A stretch of DNA of 63,961 nucleotides, the filler included, from Octopus bimaculoides (lineage: Eukaryota): assembly GCF_001194135.2 (NCBI RefSeq). It is 5 parts of 4 records of this genome, joined end to end, with 100 filler letters (N's around TTAATTAATTAA, not from the genome) between each part and the next. Parts side by side here need not be neighbours in the genome. Positions count along the whole stretch, not along the records: positions 57,465 to 63,961 come from NC_068985.1; 4 more parts are not named here. One strand, 5' to 3'. A model generated the notes under the pieces. It did not search any database and had not been told where the DNA came from. It saw only the letters and a program-made list of their open reading frames with translations. The position numbers and the translations under genes were made by a program. Position 1 is the stretch's first letter. The number at the start of each line of letters is the position of its first letter. This document shows positions 61,039 to 63,961 of this stretch, one piece after another.

Positions 61039-62892
61039 AATATATATAAACAATATATCTCCTTGTGTTTTGTTAGTATACGATAACTGGAAAGTATTTG
61101 TCTATAAATCTCCTTGTCTTCTCTGCCGCCGGTTATGCCATATATCGAATCAAATAAATTGAGAGACATAGATAAAGAGAGAAAAATAAACGAGAAGTAG
61201 AAGAATGATAGGACAAGAAAGGAAAGGAAGGGAAGCCGAGGGAGAACCAAGGTGAGAAAGAGAGGGGAGGGAACTGGAAAGGGTTAGATGAGAAGTAAAT
61301 ATTGAACAGAAAGGGAATCACAAAAAGCGAATGTGAATGTGGGTGGGAGAGCTAGTGGGGAAGATTCTCTTAGCAATTTCATAGTCATTAAATGTGATCT
61401 TAGGTCAATCTAATTTTCCTCTGTGATAGTCTCCACATAAGTCAAGTGAAAGAAAGAATAATTATATTATATTGCAGCGTATACATAGTGACCGAACGCT
61501 ATCACAGATCTGAATCTTGATTCGATGGCTCTTTTAGGCTCTCCGAAATATTACTATTGTTTGAAATTATTATTTCTACAAATAACTCTCATGAATAATA
61601 TTTGGTTTTCAAATCGAAGCTTAATTTCGTATGTGGACATACAGTCCTCTATCCAAAAGGCAGAAATGTATACCAGTAATACACTAAGTGGACAGTAATT
61701 ATATGACCCCTTTTCTCGTTTTACAAAAAAAAGAATTTTGTTTTTTGCTTTTTTACATCTCTCAGATGATCGTTGTTATAGAAAATAAGAATTGTTTTGT
61801 TTTAAAATTCTCCATTTCAAGGAAAATGAAGAATAATACAAATAGCTTGCATCTTCCCCAAAGGAATAATAGAGAAAAATGAAAGGTCTTTCGATACGGA
61901 GATGGAACTGCAGTGTAGATTCAACCTACAGTTGATGATGCGGTTTATTTCTGTTTTGTAGCGACAGTCATAATTAAATTTGTGTAACAGACCTCAAAAA
62001 TAAATTACTTTAACAATTGTAAAATAATGTAGAAATTCTATTAAGAATAATATTCTAGAACGCCATAGTGGTGTTGAATGGGAGTGGAATTGAGTGGATG
62101 CTTCTCGCTTGAGAATTATATGTTTGATGTTTCCACTCTTTGAAAGATCGTAGGAAAATAATAGTAATATCTGTACACACTCTTTACATATACCTGAGAG
62201 ATTTAGAAAATGTACTTTCTAACCATGTTGGAATCATACTTCTAAATTCGTGAAGAACGGTTATTGGCATTTTAGAAAGAATTCTACGCCCTACCAAACA
62301 TGAACTCGCAAAACAAATATTGAATTAGTCACTTCTAAACACACGCAAGGGAAATTCAGACAATATAACCCTTTTAGTCGCGTGTGTCGTTAGGAATAAC
62401 CCTCGAAAATATTCTTGTTTAGCAGGCCGAAAGAGAGATATTCTCATTTTTGAATTGAAATAGATACGCTTTGGGATTAAGAGTCGCAACAACAACATAC
62501 CGTCTGCTGAATGTTGAGTTTGAATGCAATGATGCATTAACTAATTCACCGAGTTTTACCGAATGAAGCAGTGTTCTTGTTGCTTACATTAGTAAATCAC
62601 AGTCATGTTACCTATTTAGGTAGAATGACTGGAACAATTATGAACGCTGATAAACTGATACAAAATAGAGATTTCCCAACTAGTAAACTGACACCCACTG
62701 GACAACTCCAGCTGCAATGTGCACCTTCATATATACATACATACATGCATATGTGTTTGTCCCTCTGTCGTACTTATACACTATGCATGAATATATCTAT
62801 GCATGTACGTATGTGTGTGTGTGTGTCTCTGTATGTTTGTGTGTTTGTGTTTCTAATGACTAAAGTAAAAAATAAACGATAAAAGACCCCCA

Positions 62893-62931
<39 letters not shown>

Positions 62932-62970
62932 ATAAACACACGCATATATATATGTATATATATATATATA

Positions 62971-63614
62971 TCTATATATATATAAAAATGAGAATGTGTG
63001 TCTGTCTGTCTGTCTGTGTGAATCCCTAAAACTCGAGAACTACGCAACCAATTTCATTCAAATTTTACACATGCCTTCCTTAGGGTTCCAGTTGTGTTTT
63101 AGTCAAAAAAAATTATTAACTTCTTGCAGAGTTCGAGCACACGGCAACATAATATCTCCTCCACTATTTAAGTATTACGTGTCAAAAGTGAAACAAAAAC
63201 ACTCATGTCAAATACTTTCACTTTAAAAATGAAACTATTCCACTAACTGAAACAATCACATTTCGATACTGTATTGACAGATACTTTCACAGAGAGAGAA
63301 AGAGAGAAAGAGAGAGACAGAAAGAGAGAAAGAGAGAGACAGAAAGAGAGAAAGAGAGAGACAGAAAGAGAGAAAGAGAGAGACAGAAAGAGAGAGACAG
63401 AAAGAGAGAGACAGAAAGAGAGAGAGAGAGAGATGTATATGTATACATATACATGTATATGTACACCATTTCGATACTGTAATGACAGATACTTTCAGAG
63501 AGAGAGAAAGAGAGAAAGAGAGAGAAAAAGTGAGAGAGAGAAAGAGAGAGAGAGAAAGAGAGAGATAGAAAGAGAGAGAGAGAGAGATGTATATGTATAC
63601 ATATAGATGTACAC
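62971..63614 (+). mobile_element. Non-autonomous Helitron 5' portion
   Basis: A|TC start: TCTATATATATATAAAAATGAGAATGTGTG(TCTG)n...AACTACGCAACCAATTTCATTCAAATTTTACAC, the typical TC-TATA-microsatellite-ATTT..AAATTT layout of Lep1-like Helitrons. Internal tandem duplication at 63259-63614. Confidence 0.6.
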
Positions 63615-63961
63615 GTATATGTATAGATATATAGATCTATACATACATGTATATGTATACATATGTGTAGATGTATATATATATATAGATGTACATGTAA
63701 TATGTACACATATATACATATATACATGCATACAGATATCTATACATATATACACCCATCACACACACATACACATGCACACAAACACACACGTTAGTCA
63801 TTTGTTTTCTTATCCAAAACTGCGTCAAGGGTACTGAATGGATCTTTATGAAATTTGGAAATTATATTCTTTGCATAACGGCCATAACTCCCATGAAAAT
63901 TCATATATTTTTGATGTTGATGAAATTTTAACCCGAACATAACAGATGAGCATTACTTAGA

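Overview
This is AT-rich, gap-ridden animal genomic DNA. It is most likely an octopus scaffold; that is inferred from the tRNA-derived SINE families and the very dense di-, tri- and tetranucleotide microsatellites, not proven. I cannot support any intact host protein-coding gene, tRNA gene or CRISPR array. Almost all ORFs in the supplied track are microsatellite read-throughs or span N gaps. What is recognisable is a transposon graveyard: three SINE families (about 25 copies or fragments), three R4/Dong-like LINE fragments, a Tx1/L1-like LINE, Penelope-like terminal repeats with minimal hammerhead-ribozyme motifs, hAT-Buster, mariner, Tc1/maT, Harbinger and Helitron remnants, a foldback element and an inverted LTR pair. 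Four observations stand out. (1) A Helitron 3' end is joined at an A|T step to a 51-nt 28S rRNA fragment from just upstream of the R2 target site, with a 20-nt triplication at the junction (25268-25379). (2) An inverted pair of CCAAT+octamer cassettes sits beside two paralogous minus-strand 5'-exon/GTGAGT units (11650-12950). (3) Several hammerhead motifs share the same A6-to-U core change. (4) A (TAA)n array has been serially invaded by different retroelements (3047-6601). Family assignments come from motif recognition and memory of consensus sequences; no database search was run. Element boundaries are approximate unless stated as exact.
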